DNA of 64,000 nt from Octopus vulgaris. Lineage: Eukaryota. The number at the start of each line of letters is the position of its first letter. Positions within the stretch are counted from its first letter, which is position 1. This document shows, one piece after another, positions 51,263-63,194 of the stretch. The notes under the pieces were generated by a model. The model was not told the origin of the DNA. It saw nothing but the letters and a program-made list of their open reading frames with translations, and searched no databases. The translations under genes were made by a program, and so were the position numbers. Location: the NCBI GenBank assembly GCA_951406725.2, contig OX597816.1:59706001-59770000 (forward strand), given 5' to 3'.

Positions 51263-51512
51263 TATGGCGTAGTGGTTAAGAACACGGGCTACTAACCCCA
51301 AGATTCCAAGTTCGATTCCAGGCAGTGACCTGAATGATGATAATAATATCGAAAAATTCCTTAGGAATGAGAACCCAGGTTCGAAATTTCCCCAAGACAC
51401 CTGATGAAGGCTGGAGGGTATATCAACTGAAACGCTGTGTTAACAACAAACAAGATGAGGACAGATATCCGTCAAATGTAAATACTGTACATAATTACTC
51501 ATAAATATAGAT
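51263..51512 (+). mobile_element. Full-length monomer of the tRNA-headed hammerhead SINE
   Basis: A box TGGCGTAGTGG 51265-51275, B box GTTCGATTCC 51310-51319, hammerhead 51396-51441; possible TSD AGATTCC at 51252-51258 and 51515-51521. Confidence 0.9.
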
Positions 51513-51690
51513 CTAGATTCCAGCTATCTTAGCCTTGGTATTTACATTTTCTAGTGATAGGGCTGACTATAATTTCTTCCAAGTCTTTCTTTACCAGATG
51601 TTATCTAATTACAACAATTATTTAAATCTTCGTAGAGGGTTTACTTCCTGTTCTCTTCTTAACTTTCGGTACGTTTTTATATTCTGCTAG

Positions 51691-51798
51691 GAAACCCCTA
51701 TACGTTCATCTGCAGGCGTCGCTAAGGGATCTCCATCTTCCCGATCATCACCAGGAGGCACTGGTTCTCCTACTTCAGGATCAGCTAGAAAAGTTCCA
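51691..51798 (+). CDS. DYNC1LI: Dynein LIC exon (Ser/Pro/Gly-rich disordered linker)
   Basis: CTGCTAG acceptor; ETPIRSSAGVAKGSPSSRSSPGGTGSPTSGSARK(VP); two phase-0 donors (GT at 51793 and 51799); frame-compatible with flanking exons. Confidence 0.8.
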
Positions 51799-53618
51799 GT
51801 GAATATCACCGATTTTCTTTCTACTTCTTTCTCTACCTGTACAATGTTGTATGAAAGGGAGTGTGGAGTGTTTGGACTTGTTTAAAATAAGCATGTCTTT
51901 ATTATTTCATTTGAGGTGTTCACTTGACAGTCACTACTTTGGTTAGCATGACAACACATTGTTCTGCCTGGAAGCTGGGCTGATTTTTTGTTTTCTTTTG
52001 GTCAGCAGTTTTTTTTGTTTTTTTTTTGTGCTGCCAATGCTAACATTGTTTCAAAGATCATGTACACAATTCTAACAATATCCTGCCTCAGTGGCTATTT
52101 TCATTTTATAGAAGTTAGCTTTTTTTTCCTTTTTCTTACTTACCGAGTTTTTTTTTCTTCTTTCCCCACTGCTTATCTGTTATAATGAGCCAATCAGGGG
52201 TTCACTGCATTCTTTATGGTGAAGGTGCCAAGGGAGTGTTTGTACCTGAATACAGAACAAGTCTCAATCCCTTGTCAGTATCCATTCCAGAAATATATAC
52301 ACGTTTATCTGTGCGTGTGTGTATACACATATACAGTACTTTTCTGTTCACAAGATTTTGGTTAACCCAGAGCTATGGTACAAGATGCTTTGTATGCCAT
52401 GCTGGAGAATGCAAACTTAGAATCCCGTACTTGTAAATTGAACTTGTTAACCACACAGCCATGCTTATACCCAAGTAACTGTCATCACCTCCTCGTCACC
52501 TCATTTAACTCTGTTCAGTGTTGGCAATTATATTATTAAAGATAATCATATTAGATTTATTTCATAACATTACCAATAACCTGTGCAATTTGGTTAACAT
52601 TTTAAAACTATTTATAAGGATTATTAATTTAATTCCTACATTTGTTTGTGTTTTACTCTTAGAAGGATAATATTTATTATATCCTGTCAGTTTTTCAGTC
52701 CAATAATTATTAATAATTTTTTTTTTTTTCTGACCATCCAAGTGTTATTATAGATATTGGTACAGTTTATCATTTCTTTCCACAGTTCTTTTCATTTTTA
52801 TTGAACTCTGCCAGGTTTTTTGAGCTGCAGAGGTTGGGTAGTGGAGAGCAGGCAGTGCAGTGATCCACATTCACAGGAAGTTGAGCTGGTCTTGTAGCCC
52901 CATCTAACCAAAGAAACTTGTGATCGTCCTTTTCTCATTCTGAGGTTGTCGAGTGTCTTCTCTGTTGCTTTTGTGCCTGAGAGAAGCCTTTAGCTGGGTA
53001 GAATTCCCATATCAATTGGAGGTGGGAATTGTTCTCAGGTTTCCATCCAGACCTGGAGTCTGGATTCCTCTTAAGTCATTGGCCCAGGAGTTGATACCTC
53101 AGGGCAAGGTGGCATTCATCACTAATGAGCTTTTATCATTTTGATTTAACTCTCCACTTTTCCATCTGATACCAGCAGTGGCAATGCCTGCTGGGAAGTT
53201 CTGATAATGTCAGCTATTTAAATATTACTCCTTAAGCATCAGTCCAAGGAATGATATACATTTATCTGTTGGGTTCCCTGAAAATAAAAGGCAGTTATTC
53301 TGGTAATTCTAGCATTTCTGATGAATTATTATCATTGTTACTGTATCAGTGTTGGATTGAAGTCTCATTTGATAAGCAATATAAAGTTGTTTTATAATTT
53401 TAAACTAGTGTTTAATAAGAAAGAGAATTATAGACTGAAATAATTGTTCTGAAGATGATTCAGAGATAAATTTCACAAAACTCAGAGATACTATGACAGT
53501 AATTAGTGTGTATCAGGTGTGAAAGGTGTCAGGTTGCAATAGTAGTTGTAGTATTATGTAGTGAGACAATTCAATCAGGCTTCTGTTTTTTGCTGATTTT
53601 CTTTGATCTCTCTTTCAG

Positions 53619-53709
53619 CTTGATTCCAAAACAGCTGGCACTGAAGGGATGTTGGCTAATTTCTTTAACAGTCTTCTCAGCAAGAAAACAGAGGCAGGTA
53701 ATAAATCAG
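53619..53709 (+). CDS. DYNC1LI: Dynein LIC exon with adaptor-binding helix 1
   Basis: CTTTCAG acceptor; LDSKTAGTEGMLANFFNSLLSKKTEAGNKS, containing the conserved EGxLANFFNSLL helix; phase-1 donors at 53698 and 53710. Confidence 0.95.
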
Positions 53710-53837
53710 GTAAATGAATTGCACCATCTATTTCAGACTTTTATCCATTTCATTGTCAAACTGTATTGTCATGATGTTTTCAATCTGGGCTGGTGGGAGG
53801 GATGACCGAGTGATCCCCCTCAAGTAACCACAATATT

Positions 53838-54455
53838 ATATAATAATAATAATAATAATAAAACATTGTGTACAGTGCTCAGGTGCTCTACAACTCATCT
53901 AAAGTGTATGTATAGTACATAGGGTAATGTACAAGCATCAGGAAAAGAACAGTGCACGAGTCACGACATACACATATGTGTATGAGTATGGAAGGGGGAC
54001 AATCAGGTGTAGTTTCGGCGGATTTCAGAAAGCATGAGGGCCTTAAAGGATGCAGTGTCATGGCAGTCAACAACTGACGCAGTCTGTTTGTTCCATGCTT
54101 CAGCAACTCTGAGCGTAAAAAAATGTTTCCGAAAGTCATGGGAGCTGTGCTGTTTTCTGACTTTGTAGGCATGTCCACGTGTGTTGGACACATGGAGATC
54201 AAAAAGGTGTTCAGTGTTGTTGTTGGTGAGGTGGTTGATAACTTTGTGGGTGTTTACCAAGTCCATCGCCAGACGCCGGAGCTTCAGTGAATCCATGCCC
54301 AGGGAAACAAGGCGCTCAGTGTATGGTAGGTGTCTGATGGAGGGTATGCGTTTGGTTGCACGTCTCTGAACAGATTCCAGGAGGTCAATGTTCTGAGCAA
54401 GATAGGGGTTCCAAACTGATGATGCGAATTCCAAATGTGGTCGTACCATAGCTGT
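53838..54455 (-). mobile_element. CR1/L2-type LINE 3' fragment
   Basis: 148-aa ORF MVRPHLEFASSVWNPY...LESVQRRATKRI...TRGHAYKV...RKHFFTLRV; (ATT)n tail at ~53838-53860. Confidence 0.92.
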
Positions 54456-55839
54456 ATTGCTCTGAGAAGCAGCAATACCCCTGAGTATTACACATCTGAC
54501 AGCAAGTACAAGTTTATAATCGACAGAAGCTGTGATGTCATCATTTATAACAACACTGCATGAATTTCCTAACCTTGTTATTTAGATATCCCTGTCAGAT
54601 ATGTCATTGTGGTCCCTCCCGCCCATCCCCTACTGTATCCGCACTTTGTATCTCTAATCTCTGCCTCTTCTCTCCCCTTCACCTCATCCACCTACTTCTC
54701 ATCTATCTACAGCTTTATTATACTTTTGTTCTCCAGCTCACCTTACCAACTCCTCCTCCTCTATATTTCTGTACACTTCCCCCCTCCACCACCTTCACCT
54801 GTGCCCACCACTCACTGGATTTTCCTTTATCCTTATCTCTACTGTGTCACTTGCCTTTCACACATTTGCAAACCTACCCAACCAGCCACCCTTCATTCTT
54901 TGTCCCCATTCTTTCTTTATACCCTTTTAGGGTGTTCCCTGACACCTCATCCCCACTACCCTTTCTCCTTTTCCTGTGGAACAAATTTTCAGTATTTAAA
55001 AGAATGTTATTTCATGTTGTATATTCTTACTGCTGAATTCTCCTGTCCACCCCTGCCAACCTGTCTCCCCCACTGCACCTCTTGTGCATTCATAGCTTAC
55101 ATTCTGTATGGAAATCCTACTACCACCTTTTCTGCATATCAACTATAACCATTTCCGTGACAGTCAAAGAATCTTTTCTTTACTACCTACTCCTCCTACT
55201 ACTACTACTTTAGTCTTTGCTAAGTTTACTGTAAGGCCTCTTGATTCTAGGCCTTGCTTCCATAATTCTAATTCCGTCAGCTGTAAGAATTACATCCAGC
55301 ATAAAGAGAGTTCTTATTGACAGCCAATCTTGACATCCTACAAAATTCTAACAAACGGGGAAGGTGCTGAAAGCTGATTTCTGGTGGATGCCTTTGCATC
55401 TCACAAGCCATTCACTCACCATTATATGTCTCTCAAACCATTCATCTACTCTTAGTTTCCTAGTAACCGCAAAGTTAAGTGTGAAAATTTATGAAACGCC
55501 TTTGCCAAATTGATGAACGCAAGGTAGGGGTGCACACTCTCACCAAACTAAAAGCTCCTGCAGTTGTCTTTTAGAAGACATCAGTAGCCCTTCACTCTGC
55601 CACAGAACCAAGATGTATCTCATCTATGCTAATTCTGTTCCTAATTGTATTTATTACTCTTTTTGCGGCTTTCATGACCTGTGTGTGTCTGTATATGTGT
55701 ATATGTAGGCAGGCATGTATGTATTTGTTGGTAATTTTATCTTACTAAATATGAAAAGCGTAAAGGAGCGGGGTTGGGTACACACCAACAAACCATTTCT
55801 CCTCACTCCCTTCATCCTTCTCCACTGACTTTTGTCTAA

Positions 55840-56060
55840 TCCTCATTGCCTCTTTCTCTCCTTCCCCTATTCCCTCATTGCCTCTTTCTCACCTTCACCT
55901 CTTCCCTCATTGCCTCTGTCTCTCCTTCCCTGCTTCCCTCATTGCCTCTGTCTCTCCTTCCCTCATTGCCTCTGTCTCTCCTTCCCTCATTGCCTCTGTC
56001 TCTCCTTCCCTGCTTCCCTCATTGCCTCTTTCTCTCCTTCACCTCTTCCCTTATTGGTCT
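55840..56060 (+). repeat. Pyrimidine-rich minisatellite (~24-33 nt unit)
   Basis: TTCCCTCATTGCCTCT(G/T)TCTCTCC repeated about 6-7 times with insertions. Confidence 0.92.
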
Positions 56061-56328
56061 CTCCTCTGATTTCTTATTCTTCCCACTAACAGTGATGTTT
56101 CCTCAATGATTGCCATGTGAACTTCATAAATTGCTATTTACCAACGTAGGCCAGCTTTAACTTTCTCAGTTTCTACTGTTTAATAATAACAACCATGTGT
56201 AGTTTAATGAGGGACCCTCATAAATTAGATGTAACTTTCCAGTTATTATAAAGCCGATTGTAGATAAAAAGTGTCTTATTTGTTAATGTTTTGTTGTGTA
56301 CTATAATGGATTGTGTCTTAATTTCCAG

Positions 56329-56450
56329 TTGACAAGGCTGCCGTAACTCGTGATGCTGCTGCCGAGCTGGACCGATTAAATCGAACTAAGAAAACAGTAA
56401 CTGCGGATGGTTCTCCCAGAGGTTCTAATGAGCCAGGCACGCCGACATAG
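56329..56450 (+). CDS. DYNC1LI: Dynein LIC terminal coding exon (helix 2, stop)
   Basis: TTTCCAG acceptor; VDKAAVTRDAAAELDRLNRTKKTVTADGSPRGSNEPGTPT*, containing the conserved DxxAELDR; TAG at 56448-56450. Confidence 0.94.
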
Positions 56451-57065
56451 AGGTCTTCTGTAGTCAATATGGCTTTGTGCGGCAGCCAACAGGATTATAA
56501 GTATGCATGGATGAATGAATGCTTACCAGAGAGGACTCTGTCTAGTCATCAGACTGTCTGTTGCAAACCATTACAGTTGCTGGTTATTCATGCCCCATCA
56601 TGTCAATGTTAACATGTTGATCTTGCCACAAATCACCTGTTAACAGCTCTATTCTGAGAAATCTGGCTCTCTCTCTCTCTCTCTCTCATTTTCTTTTTTT
56701 TTTTATATTGCTTGACCTATTTTTTTTTTTCAGCTCTGCCAATTCCTACAAAAGTCTCCTCCACCCATTGTTGCCTTGCCACTCCCTTGTAGGAAATATG
56801 TGTGTGTTTATGTATGTATACACACATGTACATATGTCTGCATATATATATATGTATTTGTATATACATGTGTGTACACATACACACACATATATAGATT
56901 TATATATATATTAATAATAAAAGGGTAAAATTTATTAATTAAATTAATTAATCAATCAATTAATTAATAATTTCACCAAGTAGATCGGTACATTAAAATA
57001 ACCTTTATAGGTAAAATTATACGAATATTTTATAATTATAAACATAATTATAATTATAAAATATT

Positions 57066-57120
<55 letters not shown>

Positions 57121-60100
57121 CACCTCCAATTGTGTAGGATTATCTTACACTTTCCAGCCCATTTGTCTAAATCTTCTCTCCCTTTCTAACTGTTTTGGTA
57201 ATCTATAGGTCCCTTCTTTTTAATCCAAATTCTTCCAATTTCTTTTCTACATTCTTATCATAACTGCAGCCAATTATTGTCTGCTAGCAGGAGGGCTCTT
57301 ATATTTTCAGGTTAGGTACATTAGTTTAAAGATGGCCTCCTCACTATGTTTGACAGTTTAGAAATAGTAAATGTAAGCAGTTATTGTCAGACTGGGGCTT
57401 GCCATCTTCTAGCTTCGTTGCTGAAACCAGATGGGATTAGAAGGATAAGAATGCATGGACTAGTCTGTACACAACACTTGGATATTGAGTTCATTTTCAA
57501 TGGTTTAAACATATTGGTTTAAGCTAGATTTATTTATTCACCTACTGCTCCCCTTCCCCCACCACTTCCCCCCACCCAAATTCAACAGCAGTCCAGAATA
57601 ATCTTAGGTTCATTAGAAAACCATTTTCGTTTCTTTCTAATGAATGGCATAAAGATTTTTTGAAAAGCTGAAACTGACTTTGTGCCAGAGATCCCAGCGC
57701 TGTAAAGGCAGGGACCGAGTATTCCTCTACTTATTGTGTTCTAACATTCTTCTGCAATGCATTCATCGTGAATTCTAGGCCCAGAGCTAACCCTGAAGCC
57801 GCAGGCCCTGTTGTGTCAAGGAGAATCTGTTTTTCTGCTCTCCCCCCTCATCTTTGCTGACAGCAGTGGACTATGTGTCAACCTTGTACAGAACAACACG
57901 TTGACTTTTTCAAAAGATAAATTTTGAGAAAAAAGTATAAAAATAAACACAGTGAAATATACTAAAACACCACATCCTCCTTGAAAAAAAATGTAAGAAT
58001 GTTTTTATTATATAATTTATTAACATAATAATTTTAAATATTATTGTACATCGGTCTTGTTTGAAATACAATACATATACATGTGTGTGTATATATGTGT
58101 GTATGTATGTATGTATATATATATGTATATATATATATGTATATATATATGTGTATATATATGTATATATATACACACACACATACACACATAAATATAT
58201 AAAGTGTTTCATTTAGGAAAGAAAAAATACAAATTATAAAAAATTTCCAATATTCAATGTGTATCCTTAGATGCTTGTATTTTATTGCGGCTGAAAATAT
58301 ATATTTTTTAAACCTGAGTTATTTCTGTTCCCCGTCCCACCACATCCATTCTTAATATCTATCAACACTCCTTTTTATGTATGTCCATGTTCCTTTTTTC
58401 TTTTCTTCTCTGTCTGTAATAAATTTCTTCACAACATCTCTACATTTTCTCTCTCGCTGTCCTAGTTTGGAATCTCTCTGTCTGTCTCTCTCTCTCTCTG
58501 TTATTTTTAGTCTTTAGCTTCCACTCCCAACTTCCCTGCTGCCGCCACTACCTTCCGTCTCCAAAATATTTGTTTTATTACTTCTGTCAGTGGTGTTCCT
58601 TACATATTTGTAATTAAAGCAAAATCTACATCATTAAACCATTAAAACGTTTTGCTTTGTGTCCAGCAGCCAGTGATGTTAACCCTAACCCTAACCCTCA
58701 ATACTGTGATCCTTTACATTGTTGCCAGACACTGCAAAATATGTAACCCTGGCTCTGGGAACATTGCTACTATCAATCTTTAGGGAGTTTGCATGTCCCC
58801 TCTCCTCCTCATCGTCCTGCCTCTCCTATGAATATTCCATAATATGGTAAGTTACTCTTTCTCTCTAACTTTTTTTTTTTTTTTTTTTTTTACTTTTGAG
58901 ATTGTTTAATATTTTTTTAACCCCATTTAATTATTAACATTATGAAAAATTAAAATTAATGGAGACTTCTTCACTAACAGTGAGTTACAGTATCTGATTC
59001 ATGAAATGCAATGTTGTGTATTGAATTTCTGTTTGACTTCGGGTATCAATAAGCATTTGGTAACAAACTGAAGTCTTAACAACCCAGTAATTTATACCTT
59101 TAAATTATTTCCAATAATGATTCGGTGCCAAGCAGCAAATCATTTGCTTTCCAGTTTAGTAGTAAACCAGATTATTTTAATTTTCCCTTCCTTAGTCACT
59201 CCCCAAACCCTTTAATAACTTGGTCCCCCTTTTATGTCTCACTGGCTTCATTAGTAAATTAGACCTACAGGTTTTAGGCTTAATGATATGCTGAAATTGT
59301 TAAACCTTTGGTGTGCTTAATGGAACAAGGCGTCAACAAGAGTTTGTGTCCCTAAATTAACCTAAATATTTTAATTGGTAACCTTGATGATGGTCATTAC
59401 ACCATCCCCTCTTTTTTCCCCACAATATAACAAAGGCTAAAAATCAAAACTATAACTGGCCCCAAAGAGGGACATTCTTCAGGCCACAACATTTGTTTCC
59501 ATTCAGAAAAAGTCAGTGCTTTCTCAAAGTGTGTACATGTGAGTGTGTTTGTATGTATGTATGTATGTGTGTGTGTGTGTATCTAAGTATATACACATAC
59601 ATTTGTGTCTTTCTTTGTTAAATCACTTTCAGGGACTAATGTCTTTGAAATCAGAAGCGAAATGATTTCCATGTTTACTCTGGGATGTTAGTTATTTGAG
59701 GATTATATCACCATTTTGTGTGTGTGTGTATATTTTAGTAGCATATCTTCCTTATTGCAGCACCCCCAACCCTTCTTCTGCCCTGCCCCTCTCCCTCACC
59801 TCTCTCGACCATTTTACTAGTTATAAACCATCTCTCTTTGTGGAATGACTAAACAAGTCTCTTAATTATGTTCAAGGCATCTTCAGACCTTTTAGTGTTG
59901 CAGTTAAATGCGGCCCATTTGTTTGACTGTTCAAAATCAAGGCTGATTTGCCTTGCTTTACTTATTTTCTTTGGTGCCGCCACAATCTCTGACCAAAATT
60001 TATAATTGGTTAATGTGCTTGTGAAGCTTTCGGACCAACTGATTGTGCCTCAGCTCAGCAAGTCATTTATTATTAAAACAAATTTTTTTTTTAATTTTAA

Positions 60101-61302
60101 TTTTTTTTTCCTGTTTCTGTTTTACAAGAAATTTGTTATCAGATCTGTTCAAGCTATTTCTCGTCTTTGGTTTGCCAGACGGAGTTTGATTGCTTGTGTA
60201 AATGGTATTGTGATAACTCTGATTGTGAAGTTCTCAAATATTTAGATATTGAGCCAACATCATTATCCCAAATATTTACTTAAAACAAAACAAAACAAAA
60301 CAACAAAAAAAAAAAAGAAACAAAAAAATCCTGTCTTAAATTAACAAGAAACAAAGTAAATTTCTTTAAAGCATTATGTAGCTTCAGGGAGTCTCTCTCT
60401 CTCTCTCCTCATTACAAATATATTTCATTCAGTATCAAGCCACTGATATGGTGAGTATCACATCCTGTGATCTTAGCGTCTCCTGACAAAGGCTTCAACA
60501 AACCCTAGCAGCTGGTCTCTCAATATTCTCATCAATGTCAATAGAAACCCAACTGCTCTCATTTCAAAGACACAACTACACTGTAAATATCTTTATTTTA
60601 ATTAAAACAAATAATCAATTATATATTCTCAGTCTTTTACTTCTACAGCTGCTTTAAGGGGTTACTCTATTAAACACAACTGCGGGGAGCTTACTCTTTA
60701 TCTCAAAGGTCACCAGAGTCTAGAAGTGTGTATGATTTATTCCCATAAACCACAAAACTAACGGGGCTTTTTAATTTTATTTTTGATTTAATCCCCTGCA
60801 GACATTGCTAAAATTTTGGGGACATTTAAAATGCAATTTGAAATATGCACTCAGTGGTTTTACCTATTCAGTTTCACTTGTGTTTGTGTATACATATGTG
60901 TGTGTGTAGGTATATATATGTATATATATAGACACATACACACACACATACATACTCACACACATCTAATTTGTGATTTAAATTGTTTTGATTTCAAAAG
61001 AAATAAATCTGAATTTTTTTTTTCAATTTGTGACATTTTCATTAATGTAGGCTTAATTTCATAACTTAATTGACACATTTTAATAAATTTAGCCTTCAAG
61101 TCAAATTGCCCGGTAATAATTCTAACCTTCGTTTCGTTCTCCTGTTAATTGGCCTTCTAATTGTACTTTGATAGCTAAACCTTTAGATCATGGCTCTAAT
61201 TGCTAATAAGGCTTCTGTAAGCCACTCTGAATTTTTGTTCTTGTTTCCCCCTTTATACTTGTGTAACATTGTAACTGGGTTTGGCTCAACATTTAAAATA
61301 AA
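56451..61302 (+). other. Putative long 3' UTR of the dynein LIC gene
   Basis: About 4.9 kb after the stop with no recognisable copies of the SINEs that fill the introns; AATAAA at 56916, 57942, 58418, 61082 and 61297; true end unknown. Confidence 0.5.
56790..58200. repeat. Clusters of (TA)n/(CA)n/(TG)n microsatellites
   Basis: Runs at ~56798-56910, 57067-57114 and 58070-58200; similar runs occur throughout the window (e.g. 3406-3436, 27800-27858). Confidence 0.9.
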
Positions 61303-61377
61303 GAATTCTTCACAAAGAATTGCCTTTTGTTTTTTGTTTTTCAATTGTTTGCTCATTACCAATAACTTCACTTTGAA

Positions 61378-61800
61378 AATAGAAATAATACATTTCTAAA
61401 TCTCTCAGAAAGATTTATGCAGTAGCAGCACGGTAAAGTGATAGTATGTTGTCAACTTAATGTGACAGTCCCATGAAAGGGAAGATTCTACTGTTATTTA
61501 GCCCTGGGAAGCACCATTTCCTGTTGGACTTGACACATTTCCTTTGTCCTTATGTTTTCACAGGCAGATAAGCATCGACAGCTAGTAAGCCATGCTACTA
61601 CAGACTGATGATGAGCAATGACTCTGAAACTAGTCTCTGGATGATGCTGGCTTTGGTAGGTGGAGGTGCTTGTCTTCACTTTGAAAACCTAAGAAAATAT
61701 GTCGAGTCCAACAGGAAACTGTGTTTCCTAGGGTTAAATAACAGTAGCATTCTTCTTTCATGGGGCTGTCACATTAAGTTGACAATATACTTTCACTTTG
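61378..61800. mobile_element. Fold-back element with hammerhead ribozyme in its loop (diverged relative of the 47.6/48.4 kb family)
   Basis: Arms ~61435-61576 and ~61665-61799 are inverted; arm motifs CAACTTAATGTGACAGTCC and TATTTAGCCCTGGGA resemble CTAACATAATGTGGCAGTCC and AATTTAGCCCCAGGA of the 48.4 kb copy. Confidence 0.8.
61601..61639 (+). ncRNA. Minimal type I hammerhead ribozyme
   Basis: CAGA-CTGATGA-TGAG caatga CTCT-GAAAC-TA-GTC-TCTG: helix I CAGA/TCTG, intact core, helix II GAG/CTC (closing pair T-T mismatch), palindromic helix III ACTAGT, GUC cleavage after 61635. Confidence 0.8.
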
Positions 61801-62131
61801 TCATTTTTTCAGTTGTTATTGTCATCTTAACGTCTACTTTTTCCTGCTTGCATGGGTCAGATGGCATTTGTTGAAGTAGATTTTCCACTGCCTAAACTTC
61901 ACCTATTTCCAAGCCAGGTAATATTTCCCCTTCGTCATATGCTTCCTCGGAAGATTGGAAACGAGCAACTTTGCTTGTTTGATGCTGATGCTGCTTTACA
62001 TCAAAAGAAGGGAATGTGTATACAGGTTGGTTGGGCTAAACTTGATGACTTTTTACGTCTTCTTTTTACAAGAACAGCTTGGTGCATTGGTGAACTGTCA
62101 ACAGCATTGGCGAGCATGACGATTAAAGTTG

Positions 62132-62456
62132 TACAGTTCTATATTTAAGAGATGAGGAATTATGTACATTTGATGGATATTTGTCTTCATCTTGTTTGTT
62201 AACACGTTTCAGCTGATATACCTGTCATATCTCTCAACTTGTCTTTCTTCCTTATTGCATACCTTGTTGTCAGCTGGGCATGCTATATCTATGATCCAGC
62301 ATAGTTTGTTCTCTTTCTCAATTAAGACTATGTCTGGCTTCCTATTCTCTATCTCATGGTTGGACTGAATCATGAAATCCTATAGGATCTTTGCATTTTT
62401 ATTTTCGACAATGCCTTCGGGTTTATGGTCTGCACTCTTAACCACTATGCCATATG
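62132..62456 (-). mobile_element. Chimeric hammerhead-SINE copy with internal R4/Dong LINE fragment
   Basis: Minus strand: SINE head ATGGCATAGTGGTTAAGAGTGC (62431-62456), then HKPEGIVENKNAKIL*DFMIQSNHEIENRKPDIVLIEKENKLCWIIDIACPADNKV (62224-62430, REL endonuclease PD..D motif), then SINE 3' half from the hammerhead loop II to the terminus (62132-62223). Confidence 0.8.
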
Positions 62457-63194
62457 CCATATGCTCTGAATAATGTGGTTGGGAGACGAGTTCCTTAACC
62501 CTACATCCATCCCTGTGCCCAAGCAATCCTAAACACATTCCCATCAACATTAAGTAGGGGTTTCTAAGTAAAAACAATATTTGTTGGTCTGGGTTCACCT
62601 GCCTGAACACACCCCTTCTTCTAGAATGACTTCCTGTTTAAAGGTGATCTCAATTTAAACCTTCCATTAAAATTTCATGTTAATTAGTTCTTTGCACCAT
62701 CTTAATGATGACAATAGCGATAATAATTTGGTGTGCTAATTCACTAAATCCCTTATTTACAAAATTAATTGAAAGAGAAATGGACTAAGGTAACCTGTTA
62801 AACCAGCTCAACACTAATGATAACAAAACTTAGTTTTAACTAATATCTTTTCTCGTCTTGGTACAAGGTCTGGACCTCTACCATCATCATCTGTTTCTTT
62901 ACTACCCACAAGGGACTAAACATAGAGGGGACAAACAAGGATAGACAAAGGTATTAAGTCGATTACATCGACTCCAATGCGCAACTGGTACTTAATTTAT
63001 CGACCCCGAAAGGATGAAAGGCAAAGTCGACCTCGGCGGAATTTGAACTCAGAATGTAGCGACAGACGAAATACAGCTACGCATTTCGCCTGGCGTGCTA
63101 ACGGTTCTGCCAGCTCGCCGCCTTACCACCATCATCATCATCATCATTGCTTGCTGTCCATGTTCCATACTGTGATGGGCTGGACAGTTTATAA

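Noticed and set aside
51263-51325. tRNA gene candidates (also 32142, 37397, 40773)
   Set aside because: A and B boxes are present but there is no closing acceptor stem, and each continues into a repeated SINE body
53445-53500. CTGAAGA followed by an AT-rich quasi-stem
   Set aside because: No GAAA core at the right position and no helix I or III pairing
54414-54440. CTGATGA here and at 63781
   Set aside because: It is the antisense of the FASSVW codons of the CR1/L2 ORF; no hammerhead structure
54560-55148. Overlapping 158-aa and 179-aa ORFs
   Set aside because: Pyrimidine-rich low-complexity sequence depleted of stop codons; no recognisable domain; intronic
58680-58698. (TAACCC)3 telomere-like repeat
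   Set aside because: Only three units, interstitial; too short to indicate a telomere or fusion site
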